From: Candidatus Marinacidobacterales bacterium
GTDB lineage: Bacteria > Acidobacteriota > Vicinamibacteria > Marinacidobacterales > SMYC01
Direction: 5' to 3'
NCBI GenBank assembly: GCA_965237955.1
Contig: OZ250169.1
Coordinates: 6,080,001 to 6,144,000, forward strand
Length of the DNA stretch: 64,000 nucleotides
A program made the translations under genes and the position numbers. Below the pieces are notes generated by a model, which worked only from the letters and a program-made list of their open reading frames with translations, was not told the DNA's origin and did not search any database. How positions within the stretch are numbered: the stretch's first letter is position 1; the number at the start of each line of letters is the position of its first letter. Shown here piece by piece: positions 30,536-43,100 of this stretch.

Positions 30536-30596
30536 TTCCTAGATCGTCCTCCTTCCGGGTACGACCTAGAGTTGCCTTGAAACGTGCTATCGATGA

Positions 30597-30755
30597 GCGT
30601 TCGCGATGCCGGAACCGGCGTTCACGTTGCCTGGAATCCGTGTTCACCTTCCCCGGAATCGATGTTCACGATCCCCGGAATCCGTGTTCACGATGCTTTG
30701 GAATGGATGTTCACCTTCGGCTGGAATCTGCGTTCACGATGCCCCGGAATACGCA
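30597..30755. repeat. IS21 terminal array of ~22-bp transposase-binding repeats
   Basis: About seven imperfect tandem copies of GTTCAC.at.cc.GGAATcc; related inverted copies at 27813-27890. Confidence 0.85.
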
Positions 30756-33700
30756 GTCTCGCCCTGGCGGCTCAGCCGCAACGTCTTCGCGCGCACACCG
30801 CGACGACCGCGCATCACGTCTTCATAGCGAACACTGTGAAGACCTCTCTTCGTGGTCCTGAGACGCGCCACCACCGTGCGCCGGTCGTGGCTGCGCTTTC
30901 TCGTGTTAACGACGCCCGCGCACGCCGTCCGTCGTGAGCTCCGAAGGCTCGCGCCCGCGGAACGACAAGCGAACCACCAGACGTCGCGCCAGCAAGAGCT
31001 GTCCCGTCGACTGGTCCCAACGTAGCGGTGCGAGTTCCACCAGCGCCTTTTTCGCTTCGCCCTGGAAGCCCACGCTCACGATTCGCGCTGCGTCCGACGG
31101 GCTCAGACCTTCTCCTCGAAACGCCCTCTTCGCTCGACGCCGGGCCGCACGGATCGTGCCACCCGGAGTCGCCACGATCTCCGGGAGTTCTGCATCCGAC
31201 GGGCGCAGACCCGCGAACGCCTCCACCCGGCGCGCCTTCACCGACGCGAGCTTGACCTTGCGCCCCGCGACCGCCTCCACCCACGTGCGTTTCACCGGGA
31301 CGTCGGGACCGATGCTCTCCGTCAGCGTTTCGAGTCCCGGGACCACCAGCCGCACCGTGCCATCCTCGAGAGCATCGGCGTAGAACCCCTCGGTCACAAG
31401 CTCTAGCACCACGTCGTGCCGCGAGCGACGAACGACTCGGAGCGTGTTCTGCTCGGGCTTACCGAAGGTGATGCGGGCTCCCGTGCTGTTCGCATCCTCG
31501 TCCCCACCCGAGACTTGTCCCGACTCCGGCGACGGAGTGGCTCCGGCTTGAGGTGTGGCGGAAACGGGTCCGTGGCGATCGGTCTTCCCGGTGGTCTCGA
31601 TGTCTTCCAGCTCGTAGTAATACGTCACACCGTTCGTGAGTCCCACGTCGCGATAGCTGTAGCTTGCGCCAACCGGTGACGAACCAAGGCCGGGTATCGG
31701 TGTCTCTGTCAGGCGCTCGTACGCTCCATTGCGCGACGTCGCCCGGTACAAATGAAATCCGAGATTGTTCAGCTCCGACGCGGTCTGCCAGCTCAGCTCT
31801 ATGGCCTTGTCCACGCCCTGCGCCTCGAATGCGCTGAGCTCCACGGCCGTTGGAATCGGGAGCGCAAAGTCGAAGGTCTGTGCTGCTGCGGTGATGTCGC
31901 CGCAATACTGAAACAGGAGTATGTCCGTCTTGATTAGGGCCTCGGTCGGCGCAGTTGTGTAACTCGCTCCATTTACCAGATGCGCACGAATGTAATAGAG
32001 GTCGGGGCTCCCGTTCACCGAGTACTCTGCCCAGTTCGCTGGATCGGCCTCCCAGTAGACGGTCCCTTGCACCTTCGTTAGAGAATCGGTTTCGTCGGTG
32101 AAGTTCAATACCGCTTCCAGGTCATCCCAGGCGCCGGTTGTTCCGTTCCAGTACTCCCACACCAAATCACCGGCACCAACCCCAGTACCGACCGCACTGA
32201 GTGCGATATTCAGTCCGCGAAACTGAGAGTCCGCTCCAAAGTAGGCGTACTCACCACGGTCATTGCCGTCCACTCCGTCGAAAGCGAGCTGGAAGTTCAG
32301 AGTCGCGTTGGCCAGGTACTCGTTGGAATCGCTGGTCAACCCTCCGTGGGCCAGCGGCGTCGGGGTCGTCGACGAGCCCCCGTAGCTTCGCACCTCATCG
32401 TAGATACCCGGAGCGAAAGATGGCCCGCCGGGCGCCTGCAGCTTTCCGACGTCGAAAAACGCCGTTATCGTCAGGTTGGCTGCGATATAGTCCAGTGCGG
32501 GATCCGTGTGGGGTGGCTCGACTCCGTTGATGTAAAGCCTCTGCTGGGTGGCGAGCGGCGCGCTCTCGTCCCACTCGATCCGCAGGTGTAGCCAGTCGCT
32601 CGTCCGCCAGCTGTAGTTCGCGGGACTCACCGACAGCAACGAGGTGGCCCCGCTGGCGACGATCTTAAAAGAAAGACTGTTATCCGCTTCCTTCCGAAGC
32701 AGCCAATGGTTGCTGCCGTCGACGTAAAAACCAGCGATGGTGTGCGCCGTTCCGTCGGTGTTGTCAAAGTTGGGTTGAAACCAGAATTCGAACGCTCCGA
32801 TCACCTTGTCGAAATAGGTAGTGGGAAAGCTGATGATTTCGTTGATGGCCGAGACCTGTGCGCCGTCGCCGTAGCGGCCTTTTACGAAAGTAACAGTGCC
32901 CATAACAGTACCTGCGCTCCCCACGTCGGGACTCGTCACTGCCGCGGCGTCCTGCAGCGAGGAGTGCCAGAGAAGATCCTGCGCAAAGTGCGCTCGCGAC
33001 ACAGGCTTGAGATCCGTCTTGAACTCGGCGTCATTGTTGAGGGTCGTCCCCTCGAGCGTGACCATCGCCGGGTCCTGGAAAGAGCGCCACTGACGAATCT
33101 TGAAAAACGGTTCGTAGCGTATGGGGGTTCCCGGCGTGCCCAGGCCACCGTCGATGTCGAAAGTCAACCCGTTGGCCATATCGAACTCCAACGCATAGAC
33201 CGCTTCGGACTCGTTGTAGAAGTCGGATGGCCCAGCCGTATTCTCACTCGGGTGGAACCAACCACCCCCTGCGGTCGGAGCGGCCGGAGTGGCCAGGTCA
33301 TCCGGTCCACAGGTCGCGCAGGCGGTCCGAGGTCGGTAGTCGTCCACGCGTCCGGTCACCGCGGGGTCGGTGTTGTCGATGAGGTTCGTGGGCTTGAAGT
33401 AGTAAAGGAGATGCCAATTCTCGTTGGCGGGCAGAGTCCCCGAATTGGTCTCCTGCCACGCGGTCTCTTCATACTCGTTGACCGGACCATAAAACGAAAA
33501 GACCGTGTCCGCGGCGGCCCAGTCCTGATACAGGATCTGGAGAAAATCGGTCTTGGCTCCTGACGCCTCGATCTTTGAAAGCGTGAAGTCATCCGTTCCC
33601 GGCGGACCGGCACCGATGAGCCCGCTTTCGCGGTACTGAGCCCAGCCGTTGAGAGGCCCCGAGCCCAGCTTGTGAACGCTGATCTGCAGCTGCTGGTTTG

Positions 33701-33870
33701 TATAGGTGACGCTGCTGGTCGTCTTCCGCTCCCATCCAAGCGCCAGCCTCCCCGTGGCATAAACGCTGTGGTCACCCATAGTCTTGACTCCACCCAGTAT
33801 GGTGCCGCCTGACGAGACAAAGAAGGACTCCTGCCGCAAGCGCACGCGTGTGGTGGTGGCCTCGAGCAGA

Positions 33871-35315
33871 GGAGGTGCCCCCACCATAGTTGAAGGTTCG
33901 AGGTGGTGGCGGCTCCTGACACATGGTTTACCCGACTTTGGCGTGCTTGTCGAGCGCTTGATTCTCAGTGACCTCCGCTAACTTCGCTTCGAGGATCGGT
34001 AGCGATTGGTATCCAATGATACGACGGAAATTTTTCTCCGTGGCGAGCAGAGCCGAAGCGGCCCATCTCAGAACCATCTTGCCATTGCGCCAGCGGGTGA
34101 CGCGACGGGTACGACCTCGCGCACCGCTGAAGCACGACTCGATGATGTTCGTCGATCCAAGGCAGCGTTTCAGAGATGCGGGGAGGTCGAGCTCGTTGAT
34201 GGTGAACATCTCGTCGAGCCCCTCCCGGATGCTCTCCGCCGCCGAGGGGTAGTCGTCCTCGAGCCACTTCGCCTGTTGCTCCAACCGCGCTTTGCCCTTC
34301 TTTGCTGGGAGCTGCCAGGCCGAACGCAGGCTCGCTTGCACTTGCGGCTTCAGCTCCTGCGGCAGATAACCGAGCACATTGCGCTCCTTGTGCTTCCTGC
34401 AACGCTGGACCTTGTTGTGGGTACCGAACACAGCGTCGACGGCGACCCGTAGCGCCTTGGAGCCATCGATCACGAACAGCCGACACCGCTCTGGGCTCAG
34501 GCCTCGTTCGACCAGGTCCTCCAGCAGCGCCTTGCACACTATCTGGTTCTCCGATGCTCCATCCCGAAGCCCCAGAACATGCTTGTATCCCTCTGTATCT
34601 ACGCCGATTGCCGCCAGCGCGTGGTGCTCGCCGAAGCGAATCCCGTCCAGGTACACGACCGCGATCTCCAGCTCGTCCAGCGGATGCTCCATCAGCCCCT
34701 GCAACTGCTCCGCGCTTGCTTCCACGAACTCACGGCTCACCTCGCTCTTGCTAACCCCTACCGTCTCCGCCATCTCGGGAAGAACCGACGCGTACTTGCG
34801 CGTCGACACACCCAGCATTAGGATTTCCCAGATGCGTTGGCTCAGCCGAGACGAGTTGTTCACCGCTTCGTAGGCAGGAATCGCAACCTCCCCTCCCTCT
34901 GCCTTTCCCTTACGCCGCAGACGTGGCCGGCTCACTCTCAACTTCCGCTCCGCAAGGCTTACTACGCCACCCTGCCGGCCGTGCCAGCGAACATCGCTAC
35001 CCTTCTTCCCCGGGTGTTTCTCCCCAGCCACACTTTGGGCTGACAGATCCAAGACCGCTTCGATCGTCGCTCGGCCAGCAACGTCGATCACTTCGTCGAT
35101 CGCTATCTCGGTTCGCTCAATCGCATCCAAGAACGGCAACAGAGCTTGCCCCTTCGAGCTCAGTATCTCTCGAAGCTTCTTCCTGTTCTTCGCATCGATG
35201 ATTTGGTGATTTGACATCGTGGTGGCTCCTTTCTTTTTCCTTCACAGCCGGATTCTATCGAACCCGGCCTTAGGAGCCGCCACTCCTAACCTTCAACTAT
35301 CTCAGGGGCATCTCC
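33871..35315 (-). mobile_element. IS256-family insertion sequence
   Basis: Imperfect ~45-bp IRs (GGAGGTGCCCC...TAGTTGAAGGTT / AACCTTCAACTA...GGGGCATCTCC) and a perfect 9-bp target duplication TCGAGCAGA. Confidence 0.95.
33928..35217 (-). CDS. IS256-family (Mutator) transposase
   Basis: GVSTRKY, VYLDGI, FVIDGSKAL, QRCRKHK, STNIIES; DDE appears intact. Confidence 0.93.
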   Translation of the reverse strand: MSNHQIIDAKNRKKLREILSSKGQALLPFLDAIERTEIAIDEVIDVAGRATIEAVLDLSAQSVAGEKHPGKKGSDVRWHGRQGGVVSLAERKLRVSRPRLRRKGKAEGGEVAIPAYEAVNNSSRLSQRIWEILMLGVSTRKYASVLPEMAETVGVSKSEVSREFVEASAEQLQGLMEHPLDELEIAVVYLDGIRFGEHHALAAIGVDTEGYKHVLGLRDGASENQIVCKALLEDLVERGLSPERCRLFVIDGSKALRVAVDAVFGTHNKVQRCRKHKERNVLGYLPQELKPQVQASLRSAWQLPAKKGKARLEQQAKWLEDDYPSAAESIREGLDEMFTINELDLPASLKRCLGSTNIIESCFSGARGRTRRVTRWRNGKMVLRWAASALLATEKNFRRIIGYQSLPILEAKLAEVTENQALDKHAKVG

Positions 35316-36930
35316 TCGAGCAGATCCAGCTTCGCACTGGTGGTGCTGTAGCCAGTCTTGTATATAGTCCCTCCATTCACAATCTCATCCGTAAACAGCG
35401 TCATCTGACCGGCACCGGCCAGGCTTCCTACCAGGGGGTAAGACTTACCCGGATCCTCCTCCAGGTCGTAGAAGACGTCGAGGCCCCCACCGCTGGCTGT
35501 GTTGAAGCGCATCTCGAAGCGTCCCGACGCGACAATGGTGATGGTCCCCGCCCCTTCCGACGTGGAAAGCGGCGTGCAGACGCCGCTGCAGCTCGTATCC
35601 AAGCTGCCGTCGGTGTTGTACCTCGCGGCGGCGAAGTCGTCGTCCGACCCATTGTGGGAGTAGCCGCCGGCGACGATCTTCCCGTTCGGCTGGAGCGCGA
35701 CGGAGTCGATCCAGTCGTTGCCAGCGCCGACGGCCGTCGTGACTTTGCCGCCGGCACCGAAGCCACCGTCGAGGCTTCCGTCCGCGTTGTAGCGTGTCAG
35801 GGCGAAGTCGACGTTGGCGGCGCCCCCGTCCCAGTTGGCCCAACCGACCACAACGATCTTGTTGTCCACCTGCTCGACGACGCCATAAGCGCGGTCATGC
35901 AGGCCCGTGAAATCCGTCGTCACTCGTCCCGCCACGTTCGGTGCGTCGCCGAAGATACCGGCTGGGTTGAATGTCGTCGTGTCTACGGTACCGTCGGTGT
36001 TCAGTCGGGCGACGCCGAAGAGGTCGAAACCGATGAGCACCGCCCCGGCGAGAAGGATCTTCCCGTCGGACTGGAGCGTCATCGCGAACGCCCGGTCCTG
36101 GCCTGCCCCGACCGGAACTAGCACGGTTCCTCCGCTGAACGTCGGGTCGAGGGCGCCGCTGGTGTCGAAGCGAGCCGCCGAGAAGTCGTCGTTGGCGCCG
36201 TTGTTGGCCCATCCGCCCAAGACGATCCTGCCATCGCCCGGCTGAATCGCTACTGCGGTAGCCACGTCGTCGGTAAGAGCGTTGGTGGAGACGAAATAGC
36301 CGTTGGGCGCGGCGAAGCCTGCCGTGTCCAGGCCGCCCGTCGCGTCGTAGCGGGCGACGACGTAATCCAAGGTCGCGTTCTGGGCGAACCCAGCGACGAC
36401 GATCCGACCGGTGGCGTCGACGGCGACGCCCTCGATCTCGTCGTGATTGCCGGTAATGTCGCTCGTCGCTTTGCCGAGGATTCCGAACGCGCTGTCCAGG
36501 CTGCCGTCGAGGTTGTAGCGTACAATGGCGAAGTCCCGAGTGACGTTCGTCGCATGCCCGGCGACGACGATTTTTCCGTCGGGTTGGATGGCAATGGCCT
36601 CGGCACGATCTTGACCGCCGAAGAAATCCGTCGTCACGATCCCGTTCGTACCGAAGGAGAGGTCGAGGCTAAAGTCGGGATTGTAGCAGACGACCGCGAA
36701 GTCGTCGTTGCCACCAACGAAGGCGTAACCTGCGAGAACGATCTTCCCATCTGGTTGGACTGCGATGGCAGTGCCGACGTCGGCGACGCCGATCGGTGTC
36801 GTGACGACACAGTTCTGTGCAGAGCTTGGGCTCGAGACGCCAACCACCACGAACGCAGCGGCCACAGCGAGCAGACGTGTCGCGGAACTTCGAAGGCTGG
36901 ATCCGTTAGACATAAGTCCGGGAAGGCAGG

Positions 36931-36946
36931 TGCAAGAACAATGCCG
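36931..36946 (-). promoter_or_regulatory. Putative sigma-54 promoter of giant gene A
   Basis: Minus strand CGGCATTGTTCTTGCA (GG-N10-GC). Confidence 0.55.
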
Positions 36947-37150
36947 GGAACGGTCTCAGGGAAGGCCATTGGACGGAGTGGGTTACGTTGAAATCGGGAG
37001 TCCCGATGATGGGAAAAGCCAACAAGGTGGGGGCTGTTTACCGCATGAAAACAACGTCAGCCCAGAAAAGTGTCGGAGATTCGGCTGACGGTGCGCTCGA
37101 TTCCGAATGAGAAGAGGGTGCAACCCTAGACGGCGAGTCTCAATTGTGGC

Positions 37151-40100
37151 TCACCGCAGTGTCATTGCGGGGTCACCGAGGAGGTGATAGATGGTGAGCA
37201 GTTCTGGAAAGGCACCGGTTTTTGCATACGCTTTCTGCGCGGCCAAGACCGCATCGCCCAGCCGCCCGTGGCTCCCATTGTTGAAGAGTTCTTGCAACAG
37301 CGCCTTGTGGTAAAGGTTCGCCGGGCCATTCAGGCTCAGCCCGCTCGGCGACAAGGCTGCGATCGCGCCCTTGTCCCTGGCTTGGACGAGCTCCTCGGCG
37401 AGCGAGTTGAAGTACGGGAAATGGAAGTACCCGTTCAGGCAGTTCATCGTGAGCAGGAGCGGCTGCTGGGACTGGAGACCGAGTGACGCGACGTCGCCGG
37501 CGTTGAAAAAGTTCTCGTTCGCCCACAGGTGAATGCCGCCGTGACCCAGGTAGCTCACGAGCGACGCTCCCTCGTCGAAGCTTTGCAGGATGGCGTCTCG
37601 AGTAGCAGCGGTGCCGAGCTGGCTCAGGTAGATCTTCTCGGGATTCTTCGAAGCCAAGACGGTTGCAGCCAGCGCGTCGGCATCCGCCTCGAAGTTGCCG
37701 GCGCGGTCCGGATTGTCCGCCACGAGCACCACCGCGGAGCGATCCAAGCCTGCCTCTCCCGTCTCATAAGCCACGATCTTCTCGACCATCGCCTGGACTT
37801 GCTCGACCGTCGCCGCTGGCAAGCGTCCAATCGAAAGATCCGGCAGAATATCCTCGCCGTTCACCGCGGCATAGCTCGGGTCCGACGCCGTCCATAGATA
37901 GCTCGTCTTCACCATCCGAGGCGGTACCTGGTTCGTCACTCCCGTCTGCAAATGGTCCTTGAAGTCGAACGTCGCATCACCGAGAAGCAGCACGTAGCGC
38001 GGCGAGGGTTGTCTCCAATTGTGATAGGCGTAGCTCAGGAAATCCTTCACGGCCTCGGGCGTCGGCTCGCCGAAGCCGAACTCGGAATAGACTTCCTCGA
38101 TCGCTACCGCCTTGACCTTCAGCCCCTCGCTCTGCCTGAGCTCCAGCAAGGGTATCGCCGCTCGAAGGAATGCCTCCGGGCCGATAACCAGATAGTCGGC
38201 GCGATTGCGTGTGTTCTTCAGACGGCTCGTCCTGGGCTTCGTCACCGCGGGGTGATAAACCGCTTCGGGGCTGACCGCGAGATAACTACGGCCGGACTCG
38301 GCGCGAAAGCGCAACATGCCGTCGGTTCCGACTTCCGTGTCGAGCAACCAGCGCGGCCGCGCTTCGCTCGTATCCAAAACGTGCGTCCCTGCTACGAGCC
38401 CTGAGAGCTCCGCCGCCCCGGATGCACTCCAGCGACCTTCGAGTCGGCCATCGCCCGTGAGCGCGACGTGCGGATACTCCACCGCGTAGCGGTCGAGCAT
38501 CACCATCGAGTACGCCGCTTCGGTGTCTCCCACGTTCTTGAGCTCCAGGAGGTTGTCTCCTTCTTGCAGAAGACCTGGCATTAGATCCACGTCGATCTTG
38601 TTTGCCCGCTTGCCATCCCAGCTCACTTCCGCAACCAGGCTCCCGTTCACATACACCCGCACGTGATGATCGGAATTGGCCCTAAAATCACTCACCCCCT
38701 GGAGCCACACGCTGAGTTTCGAGGGCTCACTGGGTGCGGGCGCAATCAGTGCCAGAGCACTCACTTCAAACGGGTAGCTCTTCACCACCGGAGCAAACAA
38801 CAGGTCCCACAACCATAGATCGGGCGCTTCGAGAAGCGCTGCCTGGTAGTAACGGTTCTCTTCCCACTCCGCCCGATGCCAGTAGAAGCGGGTAGGCTCT
38901 CCCGAAGGCGCTGCCGAGATTTCCGGCATGCTCTCCCCGGCCTGCCCCATCTCGAGCTCATACACCGCCTCGCTGCCATAGGGATTTGCCGATGCGCCGT
39001 CACTCATGAAGTAGAGCGTCGAGCCCGGTTTGAAACGATTCCCCTTCGGCTCCAGGTGGAACGCGACCGTCTCGCCCTGACGGCTCAGCCGCAATGTCTT
39101 CGCACGCACACCGCGACGGCCCCGCATCACGTCTTCATAACGAACACTGTGAAGACCTCTCTCCGTGGTCCCAAGACGCGCCACCACCGTGCGCTGGTCG
39201 TGGCTGCGCTTTCTCGCGTAGCGACGGCCCCGTACGCCGTCTGCCAGAATCCGCTCCGTGGGCTCGCGCCCGCGGAACGAGACCCGCACCACCAAACGGC
39301 GCGCCAGCAGAAGCTGCCCCTTCGTTCCATCCCAGCGCAGAGGCGCGAGCTCTACCAGAGCTTTCTTGACGTCCCCCTGGAAGCCCACGCTGACGATGCG
39401 CGCCGCGCTCGACGGGTTCAGACCGTCTCCTCGGAACGCCCTCTTGGCTCTACGCCGACGCTGTGCCACTCGCACCGTGCCCTCCGGTGTCGCTACGATC
39501 TCGGGGAGCTCCGCACCCGACGAGCGTAAACTCGTGAACACGTCGACTCCTCCGGCTCGAACCGAGAGAAGCTTCACCTTGCGACCAGCTACGGCCTCGA
39601 CCCACGTGCGTTTCACTGGAACTCCAGGTGCCGTGAGCTCCGCCAGAGATTCGAATCCAGGCACCTCCAGCCGGACCGAGCCGTCTTCCAGGGGCTCCGC
39701 GTAGAAGCCTTCGGTCAAGAGCTCCAACACTGCCGAGGTCTTGTCGCGCTTGACCACTCTAAAAGAGTTTGCCGTCGGGTCCCCGTAGGTGATGAGAGAG
39801 GTGGGGGCGGCTTCATCCGAAGCGCTACCTCCCGAGTCCGTGTCATCTCCGCCACTCGACACACGTGCCATCGGTGTCGCCGACACCGGACCGTGTAGCT
39901 CCATCTTGCCCGTAGTATCGATGTCTTCCAGCTTGTAGTAATACGTGACGCCGTTCGCCAGTCCCGTATCCTGATAGCTGTACTGCGCTCCCACCGGTGA
40001 GGAGCCGAGCCCCGGAATCGCCCTCGCGGTGATCTGCTCGTAGGAGCCTCGAGCCGACATGGCCCGGTACAAATGAAAGCCGAGTGTTGTCGAGCTCTGA

Positions 40101-43100
40101 GCCGGTGCGCCACTCGAGATCTACCGCAGCGTCCGAGGGCAGCGCCTCGAAGGACAGAAGCTCCACTGCGGTGGTGGCGAGGATGTCATCGGCACCGATG
40201 TCCCAGGGAACCGTCCGTGCTCCTGCGTCGATATCAAAGTTGAAGATCGTGCTCAAGTTGGCGCCGACATCCTCGGCCGTGCTGCCGCTAGTAATGTGCA
40301 GGTCGATACCCGGTGCCGCGTCGTCGACGAAGTTCATGTTCGCGAGCACCGGCTCCTGGATGCCGTTCGGTGCGCCTTGATTGGGACTGTGGGTCAACGC
40401 GGTCCCGTCGCTCGAGAGGTTGTGGCTGCTGGCCGGATCCACCGAGTCCAGGGGGTCACCCCTGAAGTCGAGTCCGCCGTTGAAAACGGAGATGTTGCCG
40501 CGAAGCAGCAGGGTCGCGGCTGCCGAGGCGCCGAGGACCTTGTTGATGCCGTTGCTGACGTTGGCGTAGAACGTGTTGTTAAGGACACGGAAGCGGCTGC
40601 CCGGCAGCAGGGAAACCGGGTCGAGGTACAGGCCGCACTGGTCGTTGCTGTAGACGAAGTTGTTGTAGACGTCGACGCGCCCGTCGTCGTCGTAGAGTGC
40701 CACGCCGCACCCTCCGACGTCGTGGAGAAGGTTACTCCGCAGGACGACCAGCGACGATGTGCCGGCGGCGAGGCCGTCGTTCACTTGGATCCCCTCCCGC
40801 CCTCCCGCTGTGTTCGTAACCTCCATCCACTCGACGGTCACGAAGTCGTCCTGGATCTGGATCGCGTCGTTCCCGAGTCCACCCAGGTCGATCACCACTC
40901 CCTGCCCGGGGAGGCCGTAGTGACGGTTGTCCCCGTCAGCGGTGAGAGTGATGTCGTGGGCCGAGTCGGTCGTGGAGCCGTCGATGATCACCCGGGCGGT
41001 GAAGACACTGTCTTCATACGCGATCCCGATCTCCGCACGCCCGTCGGCGACGAGGCTCGATGACGCGACGGGGAAGAACGGGCAGGGCGTGCCCCCGGGC
41101 CCGTCGATGCAGTCCTCCCAGGCGGCGAGGGTCGTAAACTGGCGGGCGATGCGGTAGGTTCTTGTCGGGAGGACTGCTGGTCCCTGCGTAAGGAAACGTG
41201 AGCGTGAGCTGCGTGTCCGAATCCACCCACAAGATGGTGTAGTTGACGCCGTCGATGTCGATGAGATCGCCCCGGCCACGGTTTTTGGCTTTCCAGGCGG
41301 CCCCCCCCACCCCGGTCACCGCCGCCGCCCCGGCGGTCACCGTGACCTGCGTGCCCCCCCCTTCGGCGACCGGTTGGAAAGTCCCATAGTCGGGCGCCGT
41401 CCCAATCGAGCGGTAGTTGGTTGGCGGCACGAACTCATCCGCTCCGATATCCCAGCCCACACCTGTGGGTCTCAGCGCTCCATCGATATCACAGCAAAAC
41501 GAGGCGGATAGATCGGAGCCAATATCAATAGCGTCAGCGGTAGCTTTTAAGTGGAAGTTGGGCGGGGCTCCGAGGTGGTCTACGAATTGGTCACCGGGAA
41601 GTTTACCTTGGTTGGCGACAGGCTGAGCGGTGGCGTCGGAAGACATGTTGTTTTCCTGAGCTCCAGTTACCACGCCGAAGTCCACGCCGACGTTGCCCAT
41701 CGATAGGGTGTTCCGAACATCATAGACACCCCCGATTTCTTGAATGCCTTTATCTAAATTCCCATAGATCGTGCAGTTGTCAATCGTGGCGCTGCCCCCG
41801 CCTGCGGAACCCGCAATCCCATCATTGCCCCCACCGTAGATGAGACTATTGCGGAGGGTAAAGCTAACGCCGGCCCCGGTGTGGTCAATACCATGATTGC
41901 CCATGTTGTAGATAATGAGATGTGTAAGAAGGACGTTTGCAGCGTCGACCAGCACCACCTCACTGGCGGGACCGAGACGCGTCAGCTCGAGCCACTGGAC
42001 GACGGTATAGTCGTCGAGGATGTCGATTCCGGTGCTGGGCACGTCTAGTCCATCCACAACCACACCGGTTCCCTCGATGCCTGTATGGCGTTGGCCCGAA
42101 GCCACGGTCAGGAGCATGTAACGGATCGCGTCCGTCGATCCCGGCCCTAGCCCATTGTCTATGATGATACCGGTGGTGAAGGGACCGTCCTTATAGGCGA
42201 CACCGATCTCGCGTCGGTTCTCCCCTACCAGGTTTCCGTTGCGGGCGTCTTCCCAATCCTGAAGCGCAGTGGGACCAGAGTAGGCCCGGGTGATGGTAAA
42301 CGCCACGGTTGGGGTGGTGTGGTCCACTGTGGCTGGAGACAGGAGAGTGACCTGGAAATCGGAATCGCGCTACAGGATGAACAAGATCTCGCCCTCGATG
42401 ATCAGCTTGTCCCCCAGACCTATGGCGCCTATCGCTGTCGGCAGCGGGAGGACGACGGAGAATGTGACCGTGGTGGAGCCTAGCGGCACCGAGGCAGTTC
42501 CACTGGGGTGAAGGTTTCCGGTGTTGGTTCCGATCGAGCGGAAGTTGAGGACGCAATCCGCTCCCGAGAGCTCAGGTCCAACGCTATAGAAAGTAGAAGG
42601 ATCGTTTTGATTATTGTGTTCAGTCTGTATCCAGTCCGCCGAGCGGGGCACATCGGAGACCCGAACCTCGTCAATTCCGCCATTCCATTCCTGACCGGTG
42701 ATGATATCCGAGCTATTTCCAATGTGTAGCTCTCTCGTGCCCGTCTGAGTGGACCCCGTGTAAGGGGCGGAGTTCCTCAGCAGGCCGTCCACGTAAATTC
42801 TCAGCAAACCGGCGGTCGAATCCGCTACCCCTACAACGTGATGCCAGAACCCGTCGGTGATGAGAGCCAATGGGGCGATGACGCTCTGGGTATCGTCGAC
42901 GAAAAAGGCGAGATCGCTCGCGTTGGCTTTGCCTAACCAATAGTTTCGGCTGCCGACCGGCCCCCACTTGTTGACGACGACTCCGACGTCCGCGTCCGCA
43001 TCGGTGGTCTTTACCCAGGCCGACGCGGTGATATCTTGCAGGAATCCTGAGGGTGGGATCATCCGGAACATTGACGTGTCGCTCGTTGGTGTCATCAAAC

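Larger units (their letters stand above)
27813..30755 (-). mobile_element. IS21-family insertion sequence
   Basis: TGCGTATTCC...GGAATACGCA ends, istA-istB, 7-bp target duplication GTCTTGC/GTCTCGC with one mismatch. Confidence 0.95.
25891..36913 (-). pseudogene. Giant exported protein A (~2205 aa reconstructed): signal peptide, delta-60-type repeats, LamG-like domain, PTAVEL Ig-like domain, C25 peptidase; broken by IS256, a +1 frameshift and IS21
   Basis: Removing both IS elements with one target copy each and one extra base at ~30906 leaves 6618 nt in one frame. Repeats of QPDGKIV.AG...RYN.DGSLD..F; C25 dyad YLGHGG...MNCLNG. Confidence 0.85.

Noticed and set aside
30597-30755. Regular ~22-bp repeats resembling a CRISPR array
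   Set aside because: No unique spacers and no cas genes; they form the IS21 end and recur inverted at the other end.
27100-39007. Near-identical repeat pair as a diversity-generating retroelement TR/VR
   Set aside because: No reverse transcriptase, the repeat is far too long, both copies are coding, and there are too few differences to show adenine-specific mutagenesis.
42370-42372. In-frame TAG as pyrrolysine or programmed readthrough
   Set aside because: No pyl genes in the window and the same gene has three frameshifts; a nonsense mutation is simpler.
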